Below are positions 1-11,290 of a stretch of 64,000 nucleotides of DNA, in pieces. The stretch lies in assembly GCA_964270895.1 (NCBI GenBank), contig OZ185441.1; one strand, 5' to 3'. Each line of letters starts with the position of its first letter. Position 1 is the stretch's first letter. Source of the stretch: Podarcis filfolensis (taxonomy: Eukaryota). Both the position numbers and the translations under genes were made by a program. The notes below the pieces were generated by a model that saw only the letters and a list, made by a program, of their open reading frames with translations, searched no databases and had not been told where the DNA came from.

Positions 1-520
1 GTGTCAACTGCAGTTTCAAGGACCCAGTCCAGAATGATATTCTTGTTTTGGGGTTAGGAGGTTGCTTTAGATCTGGTTTAGATCCAGTCTGTCCCTATCA
101 AATGACAGCTTTTCCCAGTTCAAGAACGTAACCTGAATGAGGACTTCAGTGGGCGAAGGGAGTGATTAAACCCGTAACTCTCCCTCTTATCCACACCAGG
201 GTCCCAGTTGGGATTAGTTCCCATGCCTGGTATTTACTTATTTCCTTAACCATTTCTCATTTGGTTTGACTATCAACATAGGCATATAAAAGTAGGTATT
301 AACCACAATGTGAATACCAAAGAGGAATTAGGAGACTGGAAGCTGGAGGGGTTTCACAGTACCTGGTGGGAGAAATCTAATTATGAGATGTGTTGAAGGG
401 ACCCCTCTGTGTCCCGTGCATATTAATTTGCTTGGAATAAGAATTTTAACTGGAATATTTGAAGTTACCTAAGTGAGTTATGCAGGCAAATCTTATTAGG
501 TTCTTCCTTAGGTGCCTTTG
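1..520. mobile_element. Possible LTR remnant (ERV/Gypsy-like), truncated by the window start
   Basis: TATA-like GGCATATAAAAG near 281 followed by an LTR-like R/U5-style segment. No TG..CA pair or TSD is visible. Judgement by composition only. Confidence 0.2.
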
Positions 521-531
521 AAATTCAGAGG

Positions 532-571
532 GTGTGTGTGTGTGTGGGAGTGTGTGTGTGTGTGTGTGTGT
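532..571. repeat. (GT)n microsatellite, interrupted
   Basis: Read directly from the sequence. Confidence 0.95.
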
Positions 572-877
572 ATTCAATTTAACACTTGTACCACACATAT
601 GGAAAACTGTTTTGGTGAGTCTTCATATCACTCTAAATGTCTATATTGATAACATTGCTTTTTAAGAGAATACACATAAGACAGCCCTGCATGGCAAATT
701 AATTTTTAGCAGTTTTCAGGATGTATTAATTTTTAGCAGTTTTCAGTTTGTAACTTACCCAGGCTAATTGAGAATCTCATATTGTTCTTTCCCAGTACAA
801 TAACACTTGTGAATAGGCTACAGACTAGCACATTCTTATATCTGAAAGGAATTCCTTAAAACAGGGATGGAAAACCT

Positions 878-978
878 CAGAGCCTCCAAGTGTTCCTATT
901 TTTGAGATTTTGATCCAGGAATGTCCCACTTTTCCTTAGGCTGCCCCTATTTTCATCAGGTAAATGTTGGAGGGTATG
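878..978. mobile_element. Short MITE with CA(T/G)ACCCTCCAA-type termini (hAT-like)
   Basis: Left end CAGAGCCTCCAA; right end TTGGAGGGTATG. The same ends recur at 1518-1559, near 35380-35474 and at 37603-37731. Confidence 0.6.
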
Positions 979-989
979 GAATTATGCAA

Positions 990-1140
990 CCCCCCACGCC
1001 AAGGAGATAACAACATTTAGAAGACATCTGTAGGCAACGCTGTATAGGGAAGTTTTTACAACTTTTTTATTATGTTTTTATATATGATGGAAGCTACCCA
1101 GAGTGGCTGAGGCAAATACAAATAATAAAAGTATTGTTCT
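990..1140 (+). mobile_element. Degraded L2 LINE 3' end
   Basis: The motif ...CCCAGAGTGGCTG(A/G)GG.AA followed by an AAT-rich tail is shared with the L2 3' end at 60400-60625. Confidence 0.5.
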
Positions 1141-1151
1141 TATTATGGAAT

Positions 1152-1506
1152 AGGTAAAGGTAAAGGGACCCCTGACCATTAGGTCTAGTTGTGGCCGACT
1201 CTGGGGTTGTGGTGCTCATCTCGCTTTACTAGCCGAGGAAGCCGGCGTACAGCTTCCGGGTCATGTGGCCAGCATGACTAAGCCGCTTCTGGTGAACCAG
1301 AGCAGCGCACGGAAACGCTGTTTACCTTCCCACCGGAGCGGTACCTATTTATCTATTTGCACTTTGACGTGCTTTTGAACTACTAGGTTGGCAGGAATAG
1401 GGACCGAGCAATGGGAGCTCACCCTGTCGCGGGGATTTGAACCACTGACCTTCTGATCGGCAAGTCCTAGGCTTTGTGGTTTAACCCACAGTGCCACCCG
1501 CGTCCC
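1152..1506 (-). mobile_element. Sauria SINE, full length
   Basis: tRNA-like head GGGACGCGGGTGGCACTGTGG on the minus strand, (ACCTTT)n tail, 11-bp TSD TTATTATGGAA at 1140-1150 and 1507-1517. Confidence 0.95.
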
Positions 1507-1779
1507 TTATTATGGAACAGGATGTCCCTATTTTCATCAGAGAAATGTTGGAGGGTATGCAGCTTATGACCTGAGCACCTCATGCAGACCTTGGTCTAAT
1601 TTCAGGTGGCCCACAGCATAATTTCAGTCTGGTAACAAGGATGGAAAAAGGATGGGAAGTGGCAGAGAGAGAGAGGTGTGGCAGAAACAAGTCTGGGGAG
1701 TTAAAGTGAAATATGGATACATTTCTTCCTCTTCTTTACCCCCTTCCTAATGTTTCCTTTCGCCCTGATGCCGTCACAG

Positions 1780-1831
1780 AACATAACAAATGGAAAACTT
1801 TGCCTTGGTAACACCCCCATGTTCTTCAACA
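1780..1831 (+). other. Candidate 52-nt exon (unassigned)
   Basis: Pyrimidine tract plus CACAG acceptor and A|GTAAGT donor. One open frame (NITNGKLCLGNTPMFFN). No recognised homology, so it may be a pseudo-exon. Confidence 0.2.
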
Positions 1832-2479
1832 GTAAGTAAATCTATTCAATATATACATTCTGAATGATTTTTGAAGTAGGGTGCTGCAATATTGAAAAAT
1901 AATGATTACTATAACAAATGCAAATCCCCATCTTCAGTTTGCATTTTGAAAAACTTAACAAAACAAAAACAAAACCTGGACATTTCCCTCAGCATCTTCC
2001 TCTGTTTATTTATTATAATGGGGGGGGGGAGGGAATAACATTTTGATAAATATTTAAATGATAGTTCAATTATCTTTTGCTTCACCACCAACATATTCAC
2101 TCTTAGAGAGAAACTTTTTTTGTTATTGTTTTGTTGTTTACATATTTTCATAGTGCTATGGGAGTAAAAGTTTTCTTTTTCTTGAAAAAAAAAGAAAGAA
2201 ACTTACAAAGATAGAGGCTTAATAATGTCTATCTGCAGAGGACCAGAATATGCTTTTGATTCCAAGAACTGAGGAATATTAAGGAGAGATGGAAAATGAG
2301 CTAAAGTGCTAATTTGCTAAATGCTTTTAATTTGAAGGAATAATGAAATTAAAAATATTTTTTACATCATGTGAGAAAACTTGAAAGCAAACATTTCCAT
2401 CTCATAAGCATAATATTCTTCTTCTTGTTGTTGTTCTTTTTTTTAAAAAAAAAAAAACCTTGCAAAAGTAAATTCTGGG

Positions 2480-3480
2480 GTGCTAGATTTTTTTTTTTTT
2501 TTTTTACATTTTATTACTGAGAGAGAAAAATATCTCAAGATGATGACTATACAAAGAGCAATGACCTCAACAATTTGGAGCGGCATGGAACACATTGCCT
2601 TGAATTACGTAATGCAACAAAGGCTACAAATATCTTCCATTTAACCCATACCCATCTATTTTTGTAAAGAACTTCTGTGCAGTTAGAAAATTATCTTTTT
2701 AGTAGCTGATTATAACATCATTCTAATTGGATGTTGCTGAGGAAAGGGATTGTAGTTATCTAATGCAAATGTAATGGCTTGGGTACCAGCAGTGCTAAGT
2801 TCTCTTTCCATCCTTTCATTTATGGACAAGCAGATCCTTCCATAGCCAGAAGAGGGAGAAGGCAATTTTCATTTATATCTCCCCTCAACCCTATGCCACC
2901 TCCCACACTGTTCCAGAACATCTCCAGTCCAGGTGTACGGGAAAAGCACAATCTCCAAATATTGGCTGTTCCCTTTTCTACCCACACAGGAATCCAGTTA
3001 TAAGAGAGTTTTGCCAAAGGCAAGTATGGCTCCAACTCATTGATGGTGATTATAAACAATTCCATTGCAAATTAGAGTTTCCATTTCCCACTCTGTCCAA
3101 TTGCCCAGAACTTTAACATTTGTGTGACTACCGGATATTCAGCTTGTAAATCTCTGTATAAATAAGGATAATAAGTCATGTACTGCTTTTAACAGAATTT
3201 ATTGTTGCATAATGCTTTTATTGAATATCTGCACCCAAGAAGTGAGCAAGCGTTCAAGTTCATCTAAAGCTCTGAATTAGAGGCAACTGGAAAGAGTGAG
3301 GGAAGAGAGATCGCTGGCCAGGATGTAAAGTCCAACTCTGCAACTTGTAACCATTTAAAATATTATGGAGTCGGAATTTATTTGTTTTTATTATTTTATT
3401 TAAAAAGAGTAGGTTTTATGTAAATTAGGTAAGGGTATCCTTAATGCAAAATGTTGGACCAAAGAAGCAGCGGGTACTCT
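2480..3480 (-). mobile_element. Degraded L1/Tx1-like LINE ORF2 3' part
   Basis: Minus frames give LPNL and WVEKGTANIWRLC...FWNSV...NCLL, resembling the L1 ORF2 C-terminal Cys-rich region. Many stops. Confidence 0.5.
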
Positions 3481-3505
3481 CTAAAACTATGAATGTCAGC
3501 GGTTA

Positions 3506-3731
3506 CAGTGGTACCTCAGGTTAAGAACCTAATTCGTTCTGGAGGTCCGTTCTTAACCTGAAACTGTTCTTAACCTGAAGCACCACTTTAGCTAATGGGG
3601 TCTCCCGCTGCTGACGTGCCACCGCCACACAATTTCTGTTCTCATCCTGAAGCAAAGTTCTTAACCTGAGGTACTATTTCTGGGTTAGCGGAGTCTGTAA
3701 CCTGAAGCGTCTGTAACCTGAGGTACCACTG
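3506..3731 (+). mobile_element. Tigger/pogo-like (Tc1-mariner superfamily) MITE, 226 bp
   Basis: TIR CAGTGGTACCTCAGGTTA at both ends, flanked by TA on each side. Confidence 0.9.
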
Positions 3732-4037
3732 TATTAGGAACTTCCTTGGTAAGAAAGACAGCAGACGTAAAGAAGAACACAGCACTACGAGCTTGCGTCC
3801 TAGGATGCAATGCGTTGGACCCTGTGGAATGGGACTTTCTAACCTCCTTCCTCCCCTTCACCCCAAAAAAAACTGCTCTGGAAGAAGATTAGGTGACCCT
3901 CTGTAACAGTGTTCAGTACAGCTGGTGGGTGGAATAAATAGAAACTGGGGGCCCTCTTTTGTGTGAGCTGAAGTGCCTCTCACCAACTTCAGAGCTCTGC
4001 TGGATCCAAGTGCATGTACACAACCACACCAATGTCA

Positions 4038-4605
4038 TCTTCTTTGGTGATCAGCTGTAGCCGAGTAAGATTGTCTTCCATGAACACGGTTTTAATAGTG
4101 AGTCCATAAATGACTGTGGAGGCCAATTCTGGTTCCACATGTCCTTCCACAGTGGGGACATAGGTTTCCGAGCGGGAGTTGATCACCGTGAGGGTTTGCC
4201 ATGTGTGCCTTCCTCTGAGCTCGTTTCTCCCTTGCATCCTGAGTTTGAGCATCTTCAAAACCCATGACACCTTTGGTAAAGGCTGTTCTCCAACTGGAGT
4301 GCTTGCAGGCCAGTGTTTCCCACTTGTTGGTGTTTATACTACATTTTTTTAAAGATATGCCTTGAGAGAGTCTTTAAACCTCTTTTGCTGACCACCAGCA
4401 TTACGCTTTCCATTTTAAAGTTTGGAATAGAGTAGTTGCTTTGGAAGACGATAATCAGGCATCTGCACAACATGACCAGTCCAACGAAGTTGATGTTGAA
4501 GGATCATTGCTTTAACACTGGTGATCTTTGCTTCTTCCAGTACACTGACATTAGTTCACCTGTCTTCCCAAGTGATATGTAATTTTTTTGGAGACGCCAC
4601 TGAAA
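4038..4605 (-). mobile_element. RTE-clade LINE, 5'-truncated 3' fragment
   Basis: (GAA)n tail at 4038. Minus strand encodes RT C-terminus plus a CPHC..HLRT-type motif. Colinear with 10915-11290. Confidence 0.85.
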
Positions 4606-5527
4606 GGACTATGTCAGAGGTAGATTTAAGGTGTGACTCATGGAATCTTGAGGGTGCTGCAGGGGGCCCCACAATTATGTAGCATCAAGTGTGAGTGAAG
4701 GCACCAATTAGAGCAGAAGGCACCAATTTTGGCATCACACAGGGCGCCACTGAAATTTGAGACCCCAAGGTCACTGACTACGTTTTTTCCTTCTTCTTCA
4801 TGTCTGAGATATGTCTTACAATGTGTTCCAATTAGTTTTAGATGTAGATCCAAATAGCTGCTGGCTTTTATGTTTTCAAAGGGAGAAAAGTCACAGCATC
4901 ACCTAATTAAGTTGGAAGAGCACTCCCTCCATTGAATCTTAACAAATTGAAAAGTTCAGAATTGGGCTTTTCATCATGTTTGGCAGCATATGTTTCTCCT
5001 CCCCTCCCTTTTATTAGTTCTTGCTCAACATTCCTCTTGGTGGATGTTTTGAGGAAACAAGAAAGCTTGCTGTCTTCTATTGAAATAGTATCTTGATCAT
5101 ATAAAACACAAACCATCCCTTAGTACTGCTTAACTCAAAACAGTGCCCACTATCACAAGAAAGTTAGAATACAAATCTACCCAAATAATCTACTTATTAC
5201 CACCTGGGCCTAATCCAGCCCACCAGTCAATTTAATCCAGCCACCATGGCAGTAAATGTCCTGGGGTAAAATCCTAAAAAAACCTCAACAACTTTGCTAT
5301 GTGCAGCAGTGCAGATAACTATATCTACTTTTGAACTATTCAATGGTTTAATTATTTACACCCCATCTTCCCTCCAAGGATCTCAAGGTGGAGAACACCC
5401 TCATTTTATCCTCATATCCTCATCCAATGAATTTCATGACTGGGGATCTGAACTCTATTCTCACAGGGTTCTTAATATTACACCGCGGTGGTTTATTTTA
5501 TTTTTATGTATTTACTAAATTTCTATA

Positions 5528-5753
5528 CAGTGGTACCTCAGGTTACATACGCTTCAGGTTACAGACTCCGCTAACCCAGGAATATTACCTTGGGTTAAGA
5601 ACTTTGCTTCAGGATGAGAACAGAAATTGTGTTCCGGCGGCGCGGCAGCAGCAGGAGGCCCCATTAGCTAAAGTGGTGCTTCAGGTTAAGAACAGTGTCA
5701 GGTTAAGTACGGATCTCCAGAACAAATTAAGTACTTAACCTGAGGTACCACTG
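5528..5753 (-). mobile_element. Tigger/pogo-like MITE, 226 bp
   Basis: Same TIRs and TA flanks; reverse orientation relative to 3506. Confidence 0.9.
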
Positions 5754-5789
5754 TACTGCTCTTCCTCTGAGGATCACAATGTGGTTTAC

Positions 5790-5975
5790 AATATAAAAAC
5801 ATACAAACACATAACACAGAGCAAACAAAAAAGCATACCCCTCAGTTTAAAATGCCATAGATTGTTTAATTAGCCAAAGGCCTGGGAGAAGAGGAATGTT
5901 CTTGTCTGGCGCCTAAAGATACATAATGAAGGTGTCAGGCAAGCCTCCCTGGGGAGAGCATCCCACAAATTCACA
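5790..5975 (-). mobile_element. L2 LINE 3' fragment
   Basis: Matches 17390-17465 (…TGGCGCCTAAAG…GAAGG.GCCAGGCAAGCCTCCCTGGGGAGAGCAT…). Confidence 0.7.
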
Positions 5976-6325
5976 TTCATTTCATGTGAATTTCTCCTCA
6001 TATACACAATTGTGTATGCCTTTTCCGTAGTGTACACACCTTTGCAAATAAATTTTTCCCAAGTGCATGCACTTTTGTATGCTGCTTTCACTAACGTATG
6101 CATTTTCTTGTGCACCTTACCCTGTGCTGAAAAGAAACAGAGAAGAGTATACTATGACTGATAGTTGTTTAGAGGACTTAGCTACATTAGTAGAGTTTTG
6201 ATATTATAAATGCATTATAACAATGTAACATCATATGGTGCTGCAGAGCTGAAACCTGAAGTGAATGAATTTCCATTGTGAGCATTTATAACTTTTTCAT
6301 AGTGTTTTTTATAGCTGTGTAGATC

Positions 6326-6642
6326 AGAGCCTAGGACTTGCTGGTCAGAAGGTCGGCGGTTCGAATCCCCGCAACGGGGTGAGCTCCCGTTGCTCGGTCC
6401 CTGCTCCTGCCAACCTAGCAGTTCAAAAGCACGTCAAAGTGCAAGTAGATAAATAGGTACCGCTCCAGCGGTAAGGTAAACGGTGTTTCCGTGCGCTGCT
6501 CTGGTTCACCAGAAGCGGCTTAGTCATGCTGGCCACATGACCCGGAAGCTGTACGCCGGCTCCCTCAGCCAATAAAGTGAGATGAGCACCACAACCCCAG
6601 AGTCGGCCACGTCTGGACCTAATGGTCAGGGGTCCCTTACCT
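6326..6642 (+). mobile_element. Sauria SINE, slightly 5'-truncated
   Basis: Body matches the other copies; ACCTT tail; 6-bp TSD TAGATC at 6320-6325 and 6643-6648. Confidence 0.93.
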
Positions 6643-6649
6643 TAGATCC

Positions 6650-6738
6650 AACCTATGCTCGGATATGGTTTCAGAAAATGTGAATTACGTGGGTTCACTT
6701 TAAATGTGAACTGAATTGAATTTGTGCCCCCATCCCTA
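6650..6738. mobile_element. End of a TAGGGATG-terminated (hAT-like) non-autonomous element
   Basis: Ends in TTTAAATGTGAACTGAA...CATCCCTA, as does the copy at 59368-59807. Confidence 0.5.
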
Positions 6739-8593
6739 CCTACAACAACCTGAAATAGTACCCTAGGACTGTCCTGCTGTCTTGAATGAGGAACCAAACA
6801 CACAGAGGGAATGGCAGAGAGAATGGCTCACCAAGTCAATCATAATCCAAACAGCCACATATGGTAGGCTGCCCAATGCTTACATCTACACCTTGCCCAA
6901 TTACTGAAGCTCTGTGTAGACATTTAAAATAAGAGGTTTAGATTGCAATTTTATAGCTATTTATCTGAGCATAAGTCCTATTGCACTCAATGGGACTTAC
7001 TTTTAAGACATGTATTAGACATGTATAGGACTGTGCTGTTAAGAGGGGCTAGGGAGCTATGTCAGTGGTGGGTCTCAAGTCACGGCTCTCATGTGATGTG
7101 TCCATGAGAGCCCATCACATTGTTGGTGCTAAGTAGATGTTCAACGACAATGGGAATGGTACCAGTAACTGTAGACAATAAAGTTAGGAGATAGGAAAAT
7201 GACAGGGATATTCAGGGCAGGCTGTAGAATTGAAATGGGGAAACTAATGAGAAATATGTGCTAGGAGTAAATATCCTGTAATAAATGCCGAGCTTCAACT
7301 CCATCTGTAAGAGCACACAAAGGAAGGATAACAATGCTTCTGCTGTATATTAAAGCCCATTTTGAGGTCCCATGGTCAATTCAAACCTAATTTCCAAAAC
7401 CTAGACTGGACCCTTAGCAAAATACACTAGTTTAACATATTGACAAGATGTGACTGGATAGCTCTTGATGCCAAAAGGAAATGTTAATTTAAACTAGGAG
7501 AGCAATGAAACACGAGTCAAAGAAAATATAATCACAATCCAATTACAAACATGGATTTATGCCTTGAAACCATTCCAGGAAGAGGTGGAGCAGCCTCGTT
7601 TGCAGCAATGAAATATGAACTCCTGAGTATATGAAAGCAGTGTGATTACAGCTAGCACAGTAGCTAACATAATGATGCATAGCTTATTCAATGGCAAGTC
7701 CATAATCCAAATAGCCAGAACAGCATGTTAAGATGTGCAGGCTTTGCCAAACAGAACAGTCATAATTATTACTGAATGCCATTTATTTCAGGTGTAGGCA
7801 ACTTGCATTCTGGCAAGTCAAATGGAGCCTACTGGTCCAAAAGCATTCCTCTTGAATCTGATGCCTGCTTTGATCTTCAAAGATAAGTTATCAAGCCCCC
7901 AACAAGTCATAAAAAGATAGCAAGCAGGTGCCCTTCACATGTTGGTGGCCTACAGCTACCATCAACCCTGACCAATGACCATGTTGGCTAGGGCTGATGT
8001 GACTTCAACAACATCTGAAGGGCACCATGTTTTTTTTTTCTTCCCCTTGGCAGCAGAACTGGCGGGCAGGTTCCAGTTCAGTAGACTACAATTGTTCAAC
8101 CCCAGCTTATTTTAGTTTGCTGAGTTTTTATAATTGTGACTCCATAACAAATTACTCAAGATGATGGCCAGGGATGCTTAAGGAATTTCTCTTGGCAAAT
8201 TCCAGCTAGAAAAAGCTGGCATACTCTGTTCCTTTGGGACTAATGTGCAGATTAGAACTGTGTTAGCTATCAACTTTTGTACTTCCGGAGTGTTCCAGCA
8301 CAGTTCTGACACACACCCAAAATAAATTTTTAAAAATCATTAAAAATTACAAAAAATATATCATTAAAAGTTTTTGTAATTATAATTGGATTGCTTCATT
8401 GTAATTATTATTTTTAAATTATATTTGCTAGTCATTGATTTCTGCAAGCTGCTTTGTGAAGATTTGTCTTTCAAAAAAGCAATATAAATATGTCAAAATA
8501 AAACAGAAATGTTGGAAGAAAATGCACACGAAATGTATTTTAAATGTGTTTAAAAGTGATTTTGTGTGTGTGCAGGTTTAAATAAATAAGGTG

Positions 8594-8641
8594 GGAAGGA
8601 AGGAAGGAAGGAAGGAAGGAAGGAAGGAAGGAAGGAAGGAA
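8594..8641. repeat. (GGAA)n microsatellite
   Basis: Read directly from the sequence. Confidence 0.95.
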
Positions 8642-8899
8642 ACGAAACAGGATTGGATGACTGTATGGGCAAAAACATGCAGAAATGAAGTACACCAGAG
8701 ATGGATTTATTTGCTCTTTCCTATGTGCAATATATAAAACTATATTAATCCAAGTCATAAGAGAAATATGTTAGATTAAATTGATCATGGTTACAAATGG
8801 TCTCCACATAGGCACTATCAAAGGCCCAGCAGAATATGACAGTTTTTATCAATTACCTAAAAAAACAAGCAATGTAGAAGGAAGGTAAGCTTCTCTAGT

Positions 8900-9247
8900 G
8901 GGACGTGGGTGGTGCTGTGGGTTAAACCACATAGCCTAGGACTCAGAAGGTCGGCGGTTCGAATCTCCGAGACGGGGTGAGCTTCCATTGCTTGGTCCCT
9001 GCTCCTGCCAAACTAGCAGTTCAAAAGCACATCAAAGTGCAAGTAGATAAATAGGTACCGCTTCAGTGGGAAGGTAAACGGCGTTTCCGTGTGCTGCTCT
9101 GGTTCGCCAGAAGCGGCTTAGTCATGCTGGCCACATGACCCGGAAGCTGTACCCCAGTTCCCTCGGCCAATAAAGCGAGATGAGCACCGCAACCCCAGAG
9201 TCGGTCACGACTGGACCTAATGGTCGGGGTACCTTTACCTTTACCTT
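8900..9247 (+). mobile_element. Sauria SINE, full length
   Basis: Head GGGACGTGGGTGGTGCTG, (ACCTTT)n tail, 12-bp TSD TAAGCTTCTCTA at 8886-8897 and 9248-9259. Confidence 0.95.
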
Positions 9248-10137
9248 TAAGCTTCTCTAAGGAGGGCAGCTTCTCTAAGGAGGGTGAAGAAATGCATTAC
9301 TGGCCAAAATGATTTGGGCAGCTCTAGACATTAGTCCTCTTTACATGTTACAATCTGCACATCACTCAAATCACATGGAAGAGGACAGCAACAAACACAC
9401 TGTCCCTTCTGTCACCATCCACTTCTGAAGTGGGGTGGTGGGGGAGTGGGGATAGGTACATCAAACTCTTCTGTTCTCCACTGCCTTTCATGAGTTGGAA
9501 AACCATTGTCTGAAGCAGGGTGCCTCCTGTCCTGGCGGAAACTCCTTGCATGATTTAGAACCCTGGAACATTGGGGTTTTAGCTTGTTATTACCGTGTCC
9601 TCCCACCCCCAGCAAAAAACATTTGAGTGCTCAGGGGGGACAGCAAGCCCTCCTAATATTCTTTTTGCTGTTCAGATAGCTCCAATGACTAGTCTTGGTG
9701 GATGATGTCAGCACAGAGCCTAAAGAAGCTTCACTTGGAAGTTCTCACTTGCAGTTCTGTGGTCTATCATGTGGGGAGCTGGAACAGATTCAGCTGATCC
9801 CAACAATGTGAGATACACTTTTCACAGGATTCCTTCACACACTATATATTGGCTCCCAGTTGGTGTCTGCTTTACCAAACAATCTGAGCAGCAGAGCCAA
9901 GTTTTGCATATGGGACCTGAGATCAGGATGGGGCAATCTGACAGAATAGTGAATTTCTGCCAATATCAGAGATTGGGTCATTAGGATTCTGAAACTTGCA
10001 TAGCTCTTCGTCCTGGATCATTCACACTGTAAAAAAAGGTAAGTGTGCTTCTCCTCTGACATATTTATGAATGAAGATGATTTGTCTGTTCAGCTTCAGA
10101 CATATAATGTGTTGCTGGAATACTTCTGTTTTCATAG

Positions 10138-10287
10138 TGTTACACTTCACTGTAATCCAAAAATGCCCTCCTCCAGATGCAATACATCAACATTGTTCAC
10201 AACTGTCAGACTCAACTGCCAGGTTGTCAGCGGCTGAAATCAACACTCGTTTTGACAATTGGAATTTCAACTGCAAAATGGTCTTCG
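10138..10287 (+). other. Candidate 150-nt symmetric (phase 1-1) exon (unassigned)
   Basis: Acceptor TACTTCTGTTTTCATAG, donor G|GTAATT. Open frame LHFTVIQKCPPPDAIHQHCSQLSDSTARLSAAEINTRFDNWNFNCKMVF. Not recognised. Confidence 0.25.
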
Positions 10288-10914
10288 GTAATTAATATAA
10301 TTAAACAGCAAGTGAACAATGTAGTTGCCATCAGGAATTCATTGTTTGCCCAGATGAATCATTCTCACTTTACTGTTTAATTGACATGACTTTCGCTTTA
10401 GCTACACTGCAATTAGTGTGCCATGCTCCTGATGGAGCATATTCCATGTGTGTGGGGGAGAGGAACAAACTAAATTGCTGTCCTTTTTTTTTTCTTTTTT
10501 AGAAAGACAATTATATTTAAATCCTCAGTTATTTTGATAGCTGAGCATAAGTGTAGAACAAACACAAGTCACCCTTTGCAACTGGGAAACACATAAAATA
10601 CATATATTCTAGTGGTCTTACCATTAAGGCAGGGATGGGTATCCCTAATCTTCCAGATGTAGTTGGACTCCAGTCCACAGACAACATGGCCAATGGTCAG
10701 GGGTGACACATTTGGATGGTCAGGGTCCAGCCACATTTGGATGGCTATGGGTTCCCCACTTGTATCTTGGTCCTTTGGATACGTTACTTCTAAACAAAAA
10801 TATAAGCCAACAATTGCCACCAATTTGGAAAGAAGGCAAAAATGGCCCTTCCATGCTGGCTTCAAAGCCATTGATTGCTTTTGCCCATTGATCTAATTTC
10901 CTCCTGACCATGCT

Positions 10915-11290
10915 TCTTCTTTGGCGATCACTCGTAGCCAAGTAAGATTGTCTTCCATGTACACAGTGAGTCCATAAGTGACTATGGAGGCCAATTCTGA
11001 ATCCACAGATCCTTCCACAGTGGGGGCATAGGTTTCCAGGTGGGAGTTGATCACAGTGTGAATTTGCCTTCCTCTTAGCTCGTTTCTCCCTTTTGTCCTG
11101 AGTTTGAGCATCTTCAAAACCCATGACACCTTTGGTAAAGGCTGTTCTCCAATTGGAGCGCTCACAGGCCAGTGTTTCCCAGTTGTCAGTGTTTATACTA
11201 CTTTTTTTTTTTTTAGATTTGCCTTGAGACAGTCTTTAAACCTCTTTTGTTGACCACCAGCAGTATGCTTTCCATTTTTAAGTGCGGAAT
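10915..11290 (-). mobile_element. RTE-clade LINE, 5'-truncated 3' fragment
   Basis: ORF 10720-11124(-) encodes FEDAQTQDKREKRAKRK...CPHCGRICGFRIGLHSHLWTH, the RTE C-terminal zinc-finger-like motif. (GAA)n tail at 10915. Confidence 0.9.
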
